Positions 1 to 9,364 of a stretch of DNA of 15,528 nt are shown here, piece by piece (position 1 is the first letter of the stretch; each line of letters opens with the position of its first letter). Position numbers and translations under genes: made by a program. The stretch is from Azolla caroliniana (taxonomy: Eukaryota; Plantae; Polypodiophyta). The notes under the pieces were generated by a model. That model was given only the letters and a program-made list of their open reading frames with translations, was not told the DNA's origin and did no database searches. The stretch spans positions 1-15,528 of the forward strand of contig JBHGNT010000797.1 of NCBI GenBank assembly GCA_043228905.1, written 5' to 3'.

Positions 1-610
1 ACGCCATTGTCCTTCAACTTTAGAGGTTTCTAAGTTGGGAGAGATGTTGGTGTGTTAGATATTGTGGTTGTTATGGATGAAGGAATATTATCTAGAGAAA
101 GTTATAAAGAGGTCTCACTTCAAGCTTTGGACCCTAAGAATAAGGGAACTCAATCTATGGATATGGAAAAACAATGTTTAGTGGTCATAGATAAGGGGAA
201 AAAACAGCTGGATAGAACTAGTAGTGATGTTGTTGTTGATAAAGATTGACATCAGGTTAAGGGCAAGTCGAAGGGGAAATCAATGAATATGCAATGTAAT
301 AGTTTGCCCACTACTTGTGAGACTATGGCAAGGTAATTCAGGAACTAGGGAGGGTCCTTGAAAAGTTCCTTGGCAATGACAATTTAGGGACAAGGGATTA
401 CCCCTTCACCTTCAATTTGATCCATTGGGACTAGTTGTAAATTCATCGAATTCTTGGTTTTCATCAAGCAGGAGGACCTAAAGAAAAGATTTCGATAGAC
501 AACCCTAAGGATGTGGTGCATGAAAATCCATATGCAACATTGGAACATGCTTTGACTAGTTTCATGATATTTTTTGCTCTAAAGGAGCAAGTGGACCCAT
601 ACCATTGTTA
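1..610 (+). pseudogene. C-terminal remnant of LINE ORF1
   Basis: Lies directly upstream of the ORF2 ATG. The window opens with RHCP (possible end of a CCHC knuckle), followed by K/D/E-rich low-complexity sequence (ORF 52..249) and ENPYATL (~523-543), resembling the NxF/YxxL motif seen late in plant LINE ORF1. Many stops. Confidence 0.5.
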
Positions 611-842
611 ATTGAATGAAAGTGGTAACATGGAATGTGAGAGGGGTATGTTCTCCTCATAAGAACTATATATTATGGGAAACTTTGTTAAGATAAATAT
701 GGGATGTATTATATGTAGTTGAGCATAGGGATCGGTAATGGCTCGGCTCGGCTCAGTTTACGCTTGAACTTGCCTTAACAGTTTGAGCTCGGCTCGGCTC
801 GGCTTGAGCCTCGCCAAACCGGCTAAGCCGGTTAGAAACTTC

Positions 843-1019
843 AGAGAGAGAGGGAGGGAGACAACAGACAAGGGGAAAGAGAGAGAGAGAGAGTGAGTGA
901 GTGAGTGAGGGAGACTAAATAGACAATGGGAGAGAGGGAGAGTGAGAACTACACAAACGAGGAGAGAGAGGGAGAGAGAGTCGAGACCACAGACGTGAGA
1001 GAGAGAATGGGAGGGAGAG
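843..1019 (+). repeat. GA-rich simple repeat ((GA)n, (GAGT)n) inside MITE 1
   Basis: Visible (GA)n and (GAGT)n runs. The GA tract resumes at 1474-1493 after the solo LTR. Confidence 0.85.
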
Positions 1020-1049
1020 CTTGTACAATGTATACTATATAGTAGGGGG

Positions 1050-1473
1050 TGTCATAATATGGCAAGACCCGAACCCATGACCTTAGGTTATATGGGTTGA
1101 GCTCTTGACCATTATATCATCTATTGTAATACGTAGGATATTATTTTCATTTACATTTTATTATAGGAAATTAATGTATATTCCAGATTTCTCTGGAACA
1201 TTCTAGAAGCTTCAGGATTACTCCTGAGAACACTATAAAAGAGGGCACTAGGCATTATGTTGAACCAAATTGGTTCAACGCCAGCCTTTAGCCTCATAGC
1301 CCTTTTGTACTTACTCTTCTTATAATATATAATATGTTATCATCATCTCTCTCTCTCTCTCTCCTCTTCTCTCTTCCTCTCTCAGGAGTCTTATGCAGTC
1401 CCGTCCTCTTAGTACTAATAGTACTTCCCTTCTCTAGTACTAATTCTCTCTCTGTTTAGTACTATTCCTGACA
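1050..1473 (+). mobile_element. Solo LTR (424 bp) nested in MITE 1
   Basis: TGTCA...TGACA termini. 5-bp flanks GGGGG (1045-1049) and GGGAG (1474-1478), one mismatch. TATAAAA at 1234-1240 followed by a CT-rich R/U5-like tail. No internal domain. Confidence 0.72.
1195..1240 (+). promoter_or_regulatory. Perfect 4-unit heat-shock element plus TATA box in the solo LTR
   Basis: gGAAc-aTTCt-aGAAg-cTTCa at 1195-1214 (alternating nGAAn units), about 20 bp upstream of TATAAAA (1234-1240). Confidence 0.55.
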
Positions 1474-1859
1474 GGGAGAGAGAGGGAGGGAGGGTTTCAA
1501 GCCGTTTACCAAACCGGTTCATAAACTGGTTCAGTTCAGTTCAGGTTTGAGATCCCTTAAACGGTTTAGGCTTAGCCGGTTTGGCTTGGATCAAGCCAAA
1601 CCAGCTAAGCCTAAACCGAACTGTTGTCGATCCCTAGTTGAGCATAAGTGTCATGAGTTAGCAGTATCCACAGTCATTTGCGTGTATATTCATCATTCTA
1701 TGCAGGATATCTTAATAATCATTATTCAATTGTGGTATTAATCGTGTGGGATAAATATTATCCTCAAGTCGTGCATAATGATCCTTATGGTCTATTTTTG
1801 TTCTAGAAATCACTTTTTTTGGCGAGGTTATGTGGGTGGTTAGGATTTATGTCCCTAGC

Positions 1860-2354
1860 TAACAATCGGCAATGGTTCAGTTTGGTTTGGTTTTGGGAGT
1901 GTCAAAACCGAACCAGTTTGAAACCAAACCGTTTAAAATTTTTGAAACTTGAAACAACCCGAACCGAACTAAACCACGAAACTGTTAAACCGAACAATTT
2001 AAAAAAATTCAAACCAGTAAATCATTAAACCATTAAAACCACGGTTTCGTAGTTTAGTTTCAGTTTTTAACTTAGGTCAAAATTCAAAATTTAAAATTTT
2101 CAAAATTTTAAAGATTTTCGTAAAATGTGAGAATAAGGCTTGAAAATGAAAAGATTGTTTAGAAATCAATTTTTATTTATTTTTTTAATTTTAAAAGTAA
2201 AAATAAAAAAACCATTTAACCATTTAATTCGTGGTTTCTAATTGTTGAAACCAAACCAAACCATTTAAAAAAACCAGAACTAAACCAAATCATTGAAATT
2301 AAGTCGCAATTTCATGGTTAAGTTTGGTTCAAACCGAACCGTTGCCAATTGTTA
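1860..2354. mobile_element. hAT-like MITE 2 (495 bp), termini related to MITE 1
   Basis: 24-bp TIRs: TAACAATCGGCAATGGTTCAGTTT versus the reverse complement of the right end, TAACAATTGGCAACGGTTCGGTTT. Many AAACC(G/A) subterminal repeats and an AT-rich core. The 8-bp flanks TCCCTAGC / CCCATGAC match only 4/8, but fall in the same LINE codon phase. Confidence 0.8.
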
Positions 2355-2615
2355 CCCATGACCAAGCCACTCAACGTATTGTATTATGGGGCTCACTCCT
2401 TCAAACCCTATGTGTGGGCTGTCCGGGATTACTTATGGATGAGTTTAACATGTGCGTTGATGTATCTCAATCTATATCTAAACATTCAATCATGGATGAT
2501 CCTGAGCAACTTTCTTGGGATTCATTAACTATGGAGGTTCTAAAGTTGGATGTTTGGACATGGTTGCATAGGAATGATCCAGGTTTTACCTTGCAATCCG
2601 CTCAACATATACAAA

Positions 2616-3057
2616 CATGGAGTCGGTTATATAGAATGTATGTGATGCACAATGATTATTTTTTATCGACATCACTTCGTATGATAGTTCTACAAGACAT
2701 AGGAACTTCATATCACTTTTCTATTTGTTTGGAGGTTTGTCGTCATGCAATTCCCACGTATAAATCCTTTCTTGGAAAGCCTCCATTACGCTTTAACTCT
2801 TCTCTTTTGCTTCAATGTCACTTTGATTCTCTCATGGAGTTGGTTATATAGAATGTATGTGATGCACAATGATTATTTTTTATCGACATCACTTCATATG
2901 ATAGTTCTACAAGACGTGGGAACTTCATATCACTTTTTCTATTTGTTTGGAGGTTTGCCGTCATGCAATTCCCACGTATAAATCCTTTCTTGGAAAGCTT
3001 CCATTACGCTTTAACTCTTCTCTTTTGCTTCAATGTCACTTTGATTCTCTCATGGAG
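2616..3057 (+). repeat. Tandem duplication of ~217 bp within LINE ORF2
   Basis: Near-identical copies at 2616-2832 and 2833-3050, bounded by CATGGAG at 2616, 2833 and 3051. Confidence 0.95.
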
Positions 3058-5101
3058 CAAATTTTGGTAAATCTTTCATAGCAAGTGAATCTTAAAGGAG
3101 TTAAAGTATGGGATATCACTTTACAAAACATTAAGATAATTCATCGTATATGGAGTAACTAATGTTGAATGAAGAAGAGGTCTTCTTCGATAATTCTCAC
3201 AAGTTCTCTCTAGGTGTAATGCATTATTGATACATGCACCATTAGATGTGGAGTTTTCAGATATCCAAAGTCAATTGCATGTTATTATTTCTTAGTTACA
3301 ATGTCAAAGTTATCGTTATGCTAAGATGTGACAACTTAGGGATGGGCTCATAGATAATCAATGTCAATCTCATTTGTTTTTCCAAGCATTACATCCTACT
3401 TATGCTCGATCTAATGTGGTAAACCACGGGGATAAATTGATAGTGGATCCTACAATAATTGACATATGTGTTCATTACTTTAAGGAGTTGATTGACCCAC
3501 AATTGTTAATGACAAATGAGGTGAGTAGAGCACATCATGAGTTTTATGATGTGGTTGGATGTATTGTGCATGACCTCATTAGTCATGAATTGGATGCGGA
3601 TTGCACTAAGGATGAGGTGGACACCGTTTTAAGGCATCTTCGTAGTGGTAACAACCCTAACTGGGATGGCTTGACAAATGAAGTTTTTAAGCGATATTCG
3701 AACATTTTAATGGGCCATTAACATTGATGTTTCAACATTCTTGGAATTATGGTTATATGTCTCAAGCTTGGAAGGTTGGTCTAATTAAATTGGTTCTGAA
3801 AGTGACATCTCCCGAGTCATTTCATCAATGGAAACCTATTTCTTTGATGGGGGAGGTTATATAAGAAATTTACAAAAGTATTTGCCAAAGTTGATACATC
3901 CCGCCCAATATGGTTTTATTGTAGGTAGGAATATATTGCATAATGCGTTGAATATTCAAATGGCCATGGATTATGCTCGAAGCACTCATCAAGAATTGAT
4001 TTGGAGAAAGCTTATGATCGTGTTAATTGGTCCTTTGTTTCTAGGTTAATGCATACAATGACTTTGAACCTCATAATATGTCTCGCCTCATATTTTTATT
4101 AGGACAAGATGTGATGTCTCGAGTAATGCTTAATTGGGGAGTTACATCATATATTGGCCTCACAAGATCCGTTCGTCAAGGATGCCCACTTAGCCCATTG
4201 TTGTTTGCTATTGTTACTCATCCCTTGTTAGTGATGTTATCAAGGATTGTAACAAATGGTGACATTGTGGGTCTACACTTTCCATCTAGAGGGCAACTAG
4301 TACCACACGTTTTTGCAGATGATTCTTTCATGTTTCTACAAGCCTCACGAGAGAAACTTGAGAAGGGGATGCCTGTATGGAACTTATTTGCATTGGTTTA
4401 CATATTAATTGGAGGAATTCTATTCTCATATCATGTATGGAAAGGGATTGGAATGTTTAGGATGGCAAGGATCCATGGTGAAGAAAGGCTATATTTTTCG
4501 ACACTTCGGGTATCCATTGGGAGTGAATGTTACAAATGGTCAATTGATTGAATGGATGTCTAGTAAGTTTATGGATAAGTTCATGTATTGGAAGTCACAA
4601 TCTTGGCCATTTCATGTGCGCTTGAAGGTTGTACAATGTATTATGGAACCACGATATTATATTACTTTCCATTGTTGCGATGGAAAAAGAAGGCTTTGCA
4701 TTCTGTTTTGTGACCTCATTGATATTTGTTGTGGAAGAAGAGGGATAAGATGGGAATCACAAGGGTTGTGTGGAATCATTTAGCAACCCCTACACGTTAG
4801 GGGGGAGCTGGAATATTGGACTTATATATGCATATGATGGCTCATAGATTTTCATTACTACAAGACATGTGTTCAAATTCACAACCATGGATATCTATTG
4901 TTCAATATTTCATTGAGAGCAAGGGTTTAACACATGGGAGGACAAATGATTAAGCCGTCATGGTGGCAGTTACTAAATGTATGTCATTAAGATTTCGGGC
5001 TCTTCATGTGTTCAACACTTGGTTATCTCATGGCAAGACGTCCTCTTCGTTATGTGTATGGAAACCATCACCTAGTAGAGAGCATTGTAATAACACGTTC
5101 G

Positions 5102-5457
5102 CATTCACAAGTGGAAGGATTGCGCATTTCACTTATAGATTCTTTTTATAATCTTGAGATTTTAGGCAATTTTCAGAAACTTGATACACCAGTATCACAT
5201 GTTTTAAATAACATGTAAAATTTGTTAATTTTTTGAGATTTAACAAGTTTCAAAATGATAATTTCTAAAATTTAATAGTTTTTCAGTAAATGTTTAAATG
5301 TTGATTGTCTGCAGATATGAAATGTAGTTAACTTAAAGAAAATCACAATGGTTAACTCAAGGCACAAGTTAAGATGAATGGTTTGACCAACTTGAGGACG
5401 TTCCAGAATTGGAAGTTACATCTATTGTTAGACTTGAAAATGTTCTAAGTATAAGAG
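5102..5457 (+). pseudogene. Possible two-exon remnant of an unidentified spliced gene
   Basis: Candidate GT..AG intron 5215-5314 (AT-rich, ends TTGTCTGCAG) joins the two segments in compatible phase. Candidate donor AG|GTAAC at 5457/5458. Three in-frame stops in exon 2. Product not recognised. Confidence 0.3.
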
Positions 5458-5579
5458 GTAACATTGTAATCCTTAATGCCATCATCTATCAATTTAGTAC
5501 TCATTAACATCCATAAATTCACAACTCAAGAAATGTATACAATATTCATAAACAATTTAGATAAATCCATAACTCCTAA

Positions 5580-6932
5580 AATCAAGGAAGCACATGTTCG
5601 CACATGTTCACCATAAGGTTGCTTGTTGTGCAACATACTTCTTTACGGAATCGATATGCATCTTTTTCTCTTATAAAAACAAATATTTCAGTACAATTCG
5701 AGTTCATATTTTAAAAACCTCTTTTATTTGAAAAAAATGAAAAATTTTAAACATGAACTCAATATATTGTATCAAGCTGATATAAAAAACAGAGTTTTCA
5801 TCACAATTCCATACAATGTATCAAATTCCTGTTCAATGTTTATTTTCCCTAATTTAAAAAAATAAAAAATAAAACAATTGAGCTTGAGTTGATGAAAAAA
5901 CCAGATTTTTCATCACAATTCCATACAATGTATCGGGTTCATGTTTCAAGTAAATTTTTTAATTTTTTCCAATTTTGTTTCAATTGTTTTATTTTATTTT
6001 ATTTTATTAAATTATTATTTTATTTATTTTTTTAATTTTGGAAAAAAAAAATTAAACATGAATTCCATACATTGTATTGACTTGTGACGAAAACTCTGGT
6101 TCTTTCATCACTTCAAGCTCAAAAACAAATTTCAAAAAAAACCAAAATAAATAGAAAAAATAAATCAAAATATTTATAAAAAAACTTTAAACATGAACTC
6201 GATACATTGTATCAGTTCATGTCAAAAAGTCAGCTTGTCGACAGAACTCGATACGAGTTCATGTTGAAAATTAGGGTTTGTGTTGAAAATATGACTTTTC
6301 AACATGAACTTGATACAATGTATCGAATTCATGTTTAAAGTTTTTTTTTCCCAAAAAATAAAAAATATAAAACAATAACAAAATTTGAAACAAATTAAAA
6401 AATACTTTAAACATGAACTTGATACATTCTATGAAATTGTGATAGAAAATATGGTTTTTTCATCAACTCAAGCTTGATTTTTTTATTTTTTTATTTTTTT
6501 AAATCCAGGGAAAGAAACTTTGAACATGAATTTGATACATTGTATGGAATTGTGATGAAAACTCTGTTTTTTACATCAACTCGATACAATATATTGAGTT
6601 CATGTTTACAAATCTTCTTCATGTTTTCATCAACTCAAGCTTGATTTTTTATTTTTTATTTTTTTAATCTAGGAAAAAAATCTTTGAACATGAATTTGAT
6701 ACATTGTATGGAATTGTGATGAAAACTCTGTTTTTTACATCAACTTGATAGAAATATATCAAGTTCATGTTTACAAATCTTCTTATTTTTTCAAATAAAA
6801 GAGGTTTTTTAAACATGAACTCGAATTGTACTAAAATCTTTGTTTTTAGAAGAGAAAAAGATGCATATCGATACTACAAAGAAGTATGTTGCACAACAAC
6901 ATACCTTATGGTGAACATGTGCTTCATTGATT
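5580..6932. mobile_element. Fold-back (long inverted repeat) element, non-coding, probably DNA-transposon-derived
   Basis: 5580-5770 is the reverse complement of ~6745-6932 at high identity. The inner arms 6181-6232 and 6292-6344 also pair, leaving a ~59-bp loop. Arms are built from the recurring module AAACATGAACTCGATACA(A/T)TGTATC. No clear TSD. Confidence 0.75.
6457..6784 (+). repeat. ~165-bp tandem duplication in the right arm of the fold-back element
   Basis: TTTTCATCAACTCAAGCTTGATTT...CATGTTTACAAATCTTCTT occurs at ~6457-6619 and ~6624-6784. Confidence 0.9.
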
Positions 6933-7086
6933 AACAAAAAACCATTAATAATTGTGTTGATAGTAATTGAACCTTGCAAATGCCATTTACATGGTCTATA
7001 AAATATTCTCATAATTCTTAATCACCACTTCAAGCACTTAATGTTGATCTTCATAGTTTGGTTCATTTACAACAGAGAAACATTTA

Positions 7087-7620
7087 TGTGGAACTAAGGA
7101 TGACAACAAGCGCATAACTCAGGTGACAAGGAAACTTGCAAGAACTCAAGGTGAAGGGGGAGAATCGGAAACCGAATCGGATGGACCGGTGAGAACCGGA
7201 AGAGAAGACATATTTGTAAATATGTTTTGAGTAAGCCTATTGAGGCTATATTTGTAAATAGCCCTAAGTTCATATAAGTATAAATATGACTTAGGGCAAT
7301 CACGTTATAAGTGATGTGGTCATATTGTTGTTGATACAAACAACTATTGTATAGAGAGAGAGGAGATACAAAGTTATACTCTGTTGTAACCGCCGGTTAG
7401 CGAAGATACAGAGCTTGAGGTTGTTGCTTCCGAGTCTTTGATTGTATCTTTCCTATATATAGTGATAGCTTGGAGTCTATGGGCTCCCGTGGTTTTTCCC
7501 ATTAGGGTTTTCCACGTAAACATTCTGTGTACTCTCTACTTCCCATTTCTGTGTTTCATTCTCATTGAAGTGATTCATTACTCGGTCGTGGCCGAGCTAT
7601 ATTCCGCGCTATTCTCTTCA
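7087..7620 (+). repeat. 5' LTR of the copia element (start uncertain: TG at 7087 or 7152)
   Basis: Ends ...CTCTTCA at 7620, 3 nt before the PBS. TATAAATA at 7279-7286. Contains the CGTGGTTTTT...GGGTTTTCCACG motif. Homologous to solo LTR 8122-8893. The 3' LTR is not in the window, so the 5' boundary cannot be confirmed. Confidence 0.75.
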
Positions 7621-7623
7621 ATC

Positions 7624-7635
7624 TGGTATCAAAGC
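7624..7635 (+). other. Primer-binding site, tRNA-iMet
   Basis: TGGTATCAAAGC, one mismatch to the canonical plant iMet PBS TGGTATCAGAGC. Confidence 0.9.
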
Positions 7636-7649
7636 GAACAACACAAGAA

Positions 7650-8121
7650 ATGGAAGAATCATTCGGCGGCATGTTCAAGCTCACCAGTTCCAACTACTCA
7701 ATGTGGAAGTCGAATATGAGGGATATGTTGGTGGTTAAAGATTTGTGGTTGTTGGTTCAGTTCAGGGACAAGAGATCGGATAAGATTGATGACGCAATGT
7801 GGGAGGCGATGCACATGAAGACGACGGCATACATCCAGTGTTTCATCGACATGAGCCTGTACAACAACTTCAATGAAGAGAGCAAAGGCTCATGAACTCT
7901 GGGAGAAGATTGGCATCATGTTCCAGAACAAGAATGTTGTTAATCGAGTTTCGGTATTCCGGAAGCTAGTGAGGCTCCTTTACCAGGACGGCTCTAGTAT
8001 GGCGGAGCACATGAATGCCTTCCAAGGGCTAATACATCAATCAACCTGGTTAGAAGTACCTTTTGCGGATGAGGTACTTGCATTGCTCCTGCTCGGTTCC
8101 CTCTCGGATAGTTGGGAGACG
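7650..8121 (+). pseudogene. gag: Copia gag, N-terminal part (frameshift near 7880)
   Basis: MEESFGGMFKLTSSNYSMWKSNMRDML...; KAHELWEKI...MAEHMNAFQGLI...LALLLLGSLSDSWET, typical of copia Gag (UBN2-type). Confidence 0.9.
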
Positions 8122-8893
8122 TGTTGGGAGATAGGTCCCTCCGGATGGGAAGGGAGAAGAACAGTGCCGGTATGAGGAGTACACGGCTACGGAGAGCCGG
8201 ATGATACAGACCCGGTGTGAACCGGATGAGGAGTACCCGGCTACGGAGAGCCGGATGATACAGGCCCAGTGTGAACCGGATGAGTAGTACCCGGCTACGG
8301 AGAGCCGGATGATACAAGCCCGGTGTGAACCGGATGAGTAGTACCCAGCTACGGAGAGTCGGATGGTGCAGGCCCGGTGTGAACCGGATGAGGAGTACCC
8401 GGCTACGGAGAGCCGGATGGTGCAGAACCGGAGGAAGAGACATATTCGTAAATATGTTTCTGAGAGCCCATCGAGGTTATATTTGTAAATAGTCGAAAAG
8501 TCATATTAGTATAAATATGACTTAGGGCAAATTTTTTAGTAGTTGTTGTCATTTTCTTGTTGGTGCAAGAAGAAGAGAGAGTGCGTAACTGTACAGAGAG
8601 AGAGAGAGAGAGAGAACGAGGTCGTTGCCTCTGTTGTAACCGCCGCCTGTGGCGAAGATCGTGAGCCCAAGGTCGTTGCCTCCATGTACTCACTGTTTTG
8701 TACATTCATACATAGTGACAGTTTGCAGCCTGTGGGTTGCCGTGGTTTTTTCCCCTAGTTTGGGGTTTTCCACGTTAACCCCCTGTGTACCATTTCTCTT
8801 CTTTGTGTCGTGTTCTATTTCCCGTTTTCTGTGTATGAAAAGAAGCTCGGTTGTGGCCGAGCGTTGTGTATAAGGAGCCTTGAGTTCCCGTCA
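8122..8893 (+). mobile_element. Solo LTR (772 bp) of a related copia family inserted in gag
   Basis: TGTTGGGA...TCCCGTCA termini. Perfect 5-bp TSD AGACG (8117-8121, 8894-8898). Excision restores DSWET-LVVTLGN. 8424-8862 aligns with the host 5' LTR at 7192-7597. Confidence 0.93.
8167..8425 (+). repeat. 54-bp tandem repeat, ~4.8 copies, in U3 of the solo LTR
   Basis: Unit CCGGATGAGGAGTACCCGGCTACGGAGAGCCGGATGATACAGGCCCGGTGTGAA starting at 8167, 8222, 8276, 8330 and 8384. Confidence 0.95.
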
Positions 8894-8898
8894 AGACG

Positions 8899-9364
8899 TT
8901 AGTTGTCACGTTGGGCAACGCCGGGCTGGAAGGAAAGCAGTTGTCCCTAGCAAGGGTAAAATCAAGCTTGCTAGATGAAGAAGCTCGCCAAAAGGACCAA
9001 GAGTCTAGAACTGATATGAAGGCCTTGGTCACAAAAGATGACCAAAACCATGGAAGAGGTTGGTATCGCAGTCCCCAAAACCGGGACAAATCGGGGACGA
9101 GGTCGAAGTCGCCTAATGCTTCTACTATAGGAAGCCGGGGCACTACCGATTCGAAGAACTGACGGCATTTCCGGAAAGAGAAAGAAATCGGCACTACCGA
9201 TTCGAAGAAGAGTTCAGACCGAAACGGTTCGGACCGGAGAGGCCCGGATAAAAAAGGAACGTTGGCAATCACGACAAGTGAAGAAGAACTGATGCTCATC
9301 ACCAAGAAGAATGAGTTAAACATTGTCGGCGACGAGACAACGTGGGTTGTCAATTCTCGAACGT
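8899..9364 (+). pseudogene. gag-pol: Copia gag C-terminus, decayed zinc knuckle and start of protease
   Basis: LVVTLGNAG...VKSSLLDEEARQK; knuckle remnant CFYYRKPGH...KN*RH (~9117-9168); WVVNSRT (WxxDSGA-like) ending at the insertion point. Confidence 0.88.

Larger units (their letters stand above)
726..1636. mobile_element. Non-autonomous hAT-type DNA transposon (MITE 1)
   Basis: Terminal inverted repeats TAGGGATCG.../...CGATCCCTA. Perfect 8-bp TSD GTTGAGCA at 718-725 and 1637-1644. Subterminal GGCTC/AAACCG/CGGTT repeats. Removing it restores the LINE peptide V-V-E-H-K. An 8-bp TSD and (T/C)AGGG termini are hAT hallmarks. Confidence 0.88.
1..5100 (+). mobile_element. Degenerate L1-clade LINE (5' part outside window; 3' end truncated or unclear), interrupted by two MITEs
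   Basis: Endonuclease and RT motifs occur in the correct order across frameshifts and stops (see ORF2 entry). No poly(A) tail or TSD is visible near 5100, so the end is approximate. Confidence 0.9.
616..5100 (+). pseudogene. LINE ORF2 (APE endonuclease + reverse transcriptase), disrupted
   Basis: ATG at 616 gives MKVVTWNVRGV...DVLYVVEHK (APE motifs WNVRG and xxxxQETK-like). Later: IYVP/HDQATQRIVLW, LMDEFN (GDFN-like), WSRLYRMYV (SRLDR-like), SYHF (SDH-like). RT: NPNWDGL, WKPISL, QYGFIVGRNI, DLEKAYDRVNW, SVRQGCPLSPLLF, FADD at 4312-4323, HFGYPLG. Numerous stops and frameshifts. Confidence 0.93.

Noticed and set aside
5750-6830. Recurring palindromic ~30-bp motif resembling CRISPR repeats
   Set aside because: Units occur in both orientations, and the intervening sequences are themselves repeated or A/T tracts. 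Explained by the fold-back element.
7151-7165. GTGAAGGGGGAGAAT resembling a copia polypurine tract
   Set aside because: Not followed by TG, no pol/RNase H sequence upstream, and the LTR is followed by a PBS, so this is a 5' LTR. Kept only as an alternative LTR start (7152).
8167-8425. Possible CRISPR-like array
   Set aside because: Head-to-tail repeats with no unique spacers, inside a eukaryotic LTR, and no cas genes.
7994-8443. 149-aa minus-strand ORF with 18-aa repeats (PALRSRVLLIRFTPGLYH)
   Set aside because: Translation of the 54-bp LTR tandem repeat. It crosses the insertion junction into antisense gag.
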